Shown: piece after piece, positions 59,576 through 64,000 of the stretch
Position numbering within the stretch: position 1 is the first letter of the stretch
How the letters are laid out: the number at the start of each line of letters is the position of its first letter
Source of the DNA: Eledone cirrhosa
Taxonomy: Eukaryota
Direction: 5' to 3'
DNA: 64,000 bases
Assembly (NCBI GenBank): GCA_964016885.1
Contig: OZ024743.1
Coordinates: 125,240,001 to 125,304,000 of the forward strand
Program-made: the position numbers and the translations under genes
Notes under the pieces: model-generated
Told to the model about the DNA's origin: nothing
Seen by the model: only the letters and a program-made list of their open reading frames with translations
Database searches by the model: none

Positions 59576-60524
59576 GTAAGTACAAATGAAATAGTGTTAA
59601 GACTTTGAGTAGACCAGGCTAGGGAGAGGCCAGGTAAGCCAACTAACTCTTTTATTTTAAAATTGCACTGTCGATACATCACGTACACTACGTATATACC
59701 CGTAGCTTCTACAGCATATGAGTTTAACACAGGTTACTAAAATACTTAATGGGTAGTTTGAAATGGGGCCTATGTATCACAACTGGTCCGTGTCGATTAC
59801 CAGCTTTGGGGGCATACATTTTACATCTGGCCAACTCTAATTAGTTTTCCATAGGCCTTTTTGTAGGCCCCTTACGGAGTACAACATATAAGAAATATAA
59901 CTGATTCAGTACATCACCAAAATACCACTGGTTGGATTATACTTTTTGTTTTGGGGGGGATATTTTCTATTAAAAATGCGTATTTAAGATCAAGAATACA
60001 GTATACGCGTTATTCCAGTGTAGCCAGCTTCAAACTTTGCGATGAGTTTCAAACTGTCGCATAATGTCAATGAAATCGGGATAAGCTCTAACCCAAACAG
60101 CTTCTAGGCTGAAAAATACTTCACCTTATACCTTGCGAAATATTTTTTTCTCGTCTTTCCACCTCCTTGCTATTAACTTACCATGGACGTGAAATCTCGC
60201 ATTAAATTTAATAATTCATGCAAATATTCCATTGCGCTCTTTAAAATTTTTATTTCGCAGATCAGCGATTACTATAATAACTTATCAAAGTACCTGTGTC
60301 AAAATGACTTTTACAAAGGTTTTTTTTTAAATGTCACGAAATACTTGTTTACCTCCAGGTCGGCCCGAATCGAGTGAATACATTCAAAGCTTTTAGAGGT
60401 AATCAAATCCAGGTTAAGATATTACAACACACACGTGCGTGTATGTGTATCCGTCCACAATTTGGATTTAACTGTGTGTTTATGGAATATACTTATATTT
60501 CAAGTTCTTCATAATTCCTGAAAA

Positions 60525-61020
60525 CATCATTAGTATTGTATCTTAGTGTCACTGGATGTTTCTGGTCTTAAAATGCACATTCGCCTGAGTGACCTGATCG
60601 AAGTTGATCAGGCCTCGGCTTGTGTCCAAGTGGTAATCTACTGACTCACTCTGGGCCATTCTTTTCAGTTAAAGCCATCAAGATGCACTTTGCTGCTTCC
60701 ATATTGATTACTCTCGTAATACCTAGAGTTCTGTAGGTCTTACTAAGGGAACGACATTCCAGCCCTTGTCTGCCTACCTCCCCTGGCATGCACCTGGTCC
60801 TCCATCCATTCCTGCGACAGTCCTCCACCACTCCTGGTATTTTTGCTCTCTTCTCTTCTCGCATGCAACAGTTGGCTCCAGTAAAATGAGCTGCTTTGTT
60901 GCCTCAGAAACGGAAATGATGTCTGGTCTCAATAAAGCCTGAATATATAATGGAATTTTCATACATCTCTTCAGGTCAACTGTCATCGAGCAGCTCCGTT
61001 TTATGAAAAGCCTGCATAGG
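60525..61020 (-). mobile_element. Hero-like non-LTR retrotransposon 3' fragment (restriction-like endonuclease)
   Basis: Decayed LRPDII.VS....LILLEPTV..E....KY...GW....GEVGRQG...SL motif followed by a 3' UTR. Confidence 0.65.
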
Positions 61021-61183
61021 ATTGGTTCTTTTTTTTTTTTTTTTTTTACAAATGAATTTCGAGTTGCCAACCCTCGCCTCTCTGGTTGCTCTCTTCTACT
61101 GTCATCATTCTGTGAGCACCATTCACGTTTGTGATCCAGTAAGAATGAATGTACAGTTTTTTTTCTTTTATTTTCTATTCTAG

Positions 61184-61318
61184 TTTGTATCTGTGGTCAT
61201 GGCTGGAATGAAGGATTTATTGATACCCAAACCACTTACATCGATTATTCAGAGGAAAAAATTAATGCAAAAATTGGTATATCATTTTCTCTCATCAGCG
61301 TCAACTTAACACTTGAAG
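61184..61318 (+). CDS. DUOXA: DUOXA-like coding exon 3 (135 nt)
   Basis: tag|VCICGHGWNEGFIDTQTTYIDYSEEKINAKIGISFSLISVNLTLE|gtaagt. This fits the DUOXA W..G.....Y..S...A.IG....VNxTL pattern, and the phases are compatible. Confidence 0.88.
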
Positions 61319-62491
61319 GTAAGTTGGGTAGAACAGATTGTTTGTATTTTTTTAACCAGATAGCATTTTGACGTTTTGATTCGAAGAACATAAAGTAAAT
61401 TAATCCTTATATTAAAAAGTAACCTACGATATAAAGTAAAGCAGCTTGCATCATAGTTGTGCCGAAGCAGAACTTTTTATGTGAAGTTATCTATTATAAA
61501 GTTATCGATTATAAAGGGCTAGTTGTATATTGTATATGTTAAAAACAAATGTGTTCAGCTATATTCAATCTGAACTAAGAAAAGGTAATGTACATTTCAG
61601 ATAAGGGTAATCTTTTTCTTGGAGATCTTTTCTGTATTCCCTCAAGAAATACTTTAAACGCCAGAATATAGAGTCCCTAAACTGTAGTTTTGACGTCATC
61701 ACTTATATCTCACCTAGTGTAAATTTCAAAAGCCTTAAAAAAATAACTTAACTCCCTAATCTCTTTTAAGCAGCTAAAGCATTAACAATCGGTTCTATAT
61801 CGTTTTAATGATTTTTCTACGACACCAAATTTTTTTTTTATTTCTAATATAGAATGAGTCTTCCCTTTCTAATGATACTGTGTTCTTTACCACTTGTTGG
61901 TTGTACTTGGCCTGCATTCAAAATTAATAGCATTCTGTCACTCCAATTAAATTCTATTCTAAACAAACGTCCGTGTTCTTGCCTTGTACTAACTTCCAAT
62001 TGTATCACTTTTGTGTTCACTGAATCCTTATTATCCCCGATTTCACTTCTAATCGAAGAGAATTCCTTGTGGGGTGTGGCCAATTACCTCTTCTCCTTGG
62101 ACACAAATCAAAAATATATGATAATGAGACGAGTTGATACTTGGTTAAATGAATAACGAAAACATATTTTATGTGAAAGGATAATAAGCAATACTAATGT
62201 GAATTTTTAACCAACAGATTGAGAAACGTTTATATTTCTGTTTAAAGTAACGTTTCTAAATTCTTATTTACGGTGAAAAACAAAACCTTGCTAGTGTTTT
62301 ACTGACGATAATTTTCTCAATAAAAGCAGTTATATGAGAATGTATTCAGTAATTGGATTGCTGAGACCAACAATTACTGCAGTATTCAAGACAGTAAAGC
62401 TGCCTTTATTTGTAGGTAATTCTAACCTTTTGTTGCTGCCTTGCATAACTAATTTTTTTTGTCGTTAAAAAGTTTAATTTTCTTTTGGCAG

Positions 62492-62548
62492 GTGTAGTCG
62501 GTCAGAATTCAACTGTATATTATAACGAACGACTTTATCTATTTGATG
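62492..62548 (+). CDS. DUOXA: DUOXA-like coding exon 4 (57 nt); gene continues beyond the window
   Basis: cag|GVVGQNSTVYYNERLYLFD|gtaaaa, with the conserved YNE(R/E) motif. Confidence 0.8.
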
Positions 62549-62981
62549 GTAAAACAGCTTTAAATTCATTTTACATCTTATGAAGCATTTAATATTAATT
62601 TGTTCCTTATTTCTAAAATACTGATAGCAGAAAGCAATCCTTAACTTTTCGTTTAATATATAAACAGCTGAACATACATATGAACGTTTTGAGTATATCA
62701 GTTTCTTCGAAGTATATTTTTTATTGGATTAAGAACCATCTGCCAGGATAGTATCAGCAATAGAGAGATCAATGGAAACATTGTTTCCTTGGTCCGATCT
62801 GACTATCGGCTCCTGTCTTTAATTAGTCAAGCAGCGAAAGAATCTGTATTGGGGTTAACTTGGCCTCTCATTCTCTCGGAGTCGCTGAATTAATGTAGTA
62901 GTGAATAAAATTATAATAGACTGACATATTGATAGTGTAGTCTGAGCATGATATTTTGCATACGTCACTTTTATTCTATTA

Positions 62982-63916
62982 CAGTAGAATCTCGTAGTAC
63001 GAGTGTCCCATTGTACGAGTAATTTGCTGTACGAGCCGAGGCTCGAGCGAACGTTTGTCTTGTAGTATGAGTGGAAATTCGCAGTACGAACGAGTTTCAT
63101 ACAGACGACTGTTAGTCGGTGCTGAGCTCGCACACGCTCTCACAACAAACGTAGCTTCTGGTCGCTCAGTTCATGTGTTTACCTAGTTGTGGGAGTATCC
63201 CTATTGGGTTTTTTCTTAGTTTTGTGAATTAGTTTTGCTATTTTATAAGTGGAAGAGATTCGTTCCCCGGGGGAGGACATTGTAGCGGAGACGGCTATCT
63301 CTACGAGTAACATAAAGGTAGTGTTGGTAAAGTAACAGGATGTTTCTGAATTTGTAGAAAAAAAATCACCCTGAAAAAGTATCTACAGGTCGTGCAGCTG
63401 ATTTACTTAATGTCACTGCTCTGGTGTATTTTCGTAACACTTTGAAAGGCAGGAAAAAGCAGACTTCTCTTGATATGTTTTTAATGAAATGACCTGCAAG
63501 TGTGGAAAGTGTGTCCAAAAAGCCTAAATTAAGCGAAGTGGGAGAGAAAACGCCAGAAATTGTTCTCCCCGAAGTCTTAATTAATGGAAGGAGATTCTCC
63601 TTTCAAACAATAATCCTTCTCCGTCGTCTTCCTCGCGCACAAATCGTCCCATCTTTAAGATAATTAAATTATTAAAACTAGTTTACATATTTCTTTTGCA
63701 TTTTCTTTTATGTTTTTATAATTGTCATTTTCCTGTAACTGCATCTTTTCTGTTTTAAAACCCATAAAAAATTAATTTGGGGTGGTTTTGTGGGTCTGTA
63801 ACGGATTACTTATATTTTAATTAATTTCAATGGGGCAAATTGATTTGTAAAACGAGTAAATCGTAAAACGAGCTTGGTTATGGAACAAATTAAACTCGTA
63901 CTGCGAGATATCACTG
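62982..63916 (+). mobile_element. Tigger/pogo-type non-autonomous DNA transposon
   Basis: TIRs CAGTAGAATCTCGTAGTACGAGT / ACTCGTACTGCGAGATATCACTG, TA TSD and a decayed KQTSLDMFL C-terminal remnant. Confidence 0.85.
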
Positions 63917-64000
63917 TACTATGAATGAGCAAGAATTGTCTGTTGAGTATAATCATTGTCACCATTTCCAAAAGTGAAATTCTCAGCTACTCTGAAATTG

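Overview
This is an AT-rich animal genome window saturated with (TA)n/(CA)n microsatellites. The tRNA-derived SINEs with a conserved central core are consistent with an octopod cephalopod (inference). Only one host gene is supported: the first four coding exons of a dual oxidase maturation factor (DUOXA/NIP-like) gene on + (53640-62548, continuing beyond the window). Almost all long predicted ORFs are microsatellite or minisatellite artefacts. The rest is mobile DNA: SINEs, RTE, L1/Tx1 and Hero-like LINE fragments, hAT and Tigger DNA elements, Helitron-like ends, and a dense cluster of Penelope-like element (PLE, Hydra-clade-like) insertions in (TA)n tracts. The main hidden signal is a set of about 15 minimal type I hammerhead ribozyme (HHR) motifs in these insertions. 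They have palindromic stem III, sometimes a 90-120 nt stem II, an often unpaired base of stem II, and natural C3:G8 to U3:A8 covariation. Two non-coding tandem elements carry two same-strand HHRs 522 and 424 nt apart and resemble retrozymes (predicted circRNA templates). Other notable items are a ~9 kb fold-back PLE insertion with an intact RT-thumb/GIY-YIG frame, a TA-flanked intronless Myb/SANT-polyQ-2xCCCH ORF, and a 3'-truncated U2 snRNA retrocopy with a target-site duplication (TSD). All folds and family assignments were made by eye and have not been computed.
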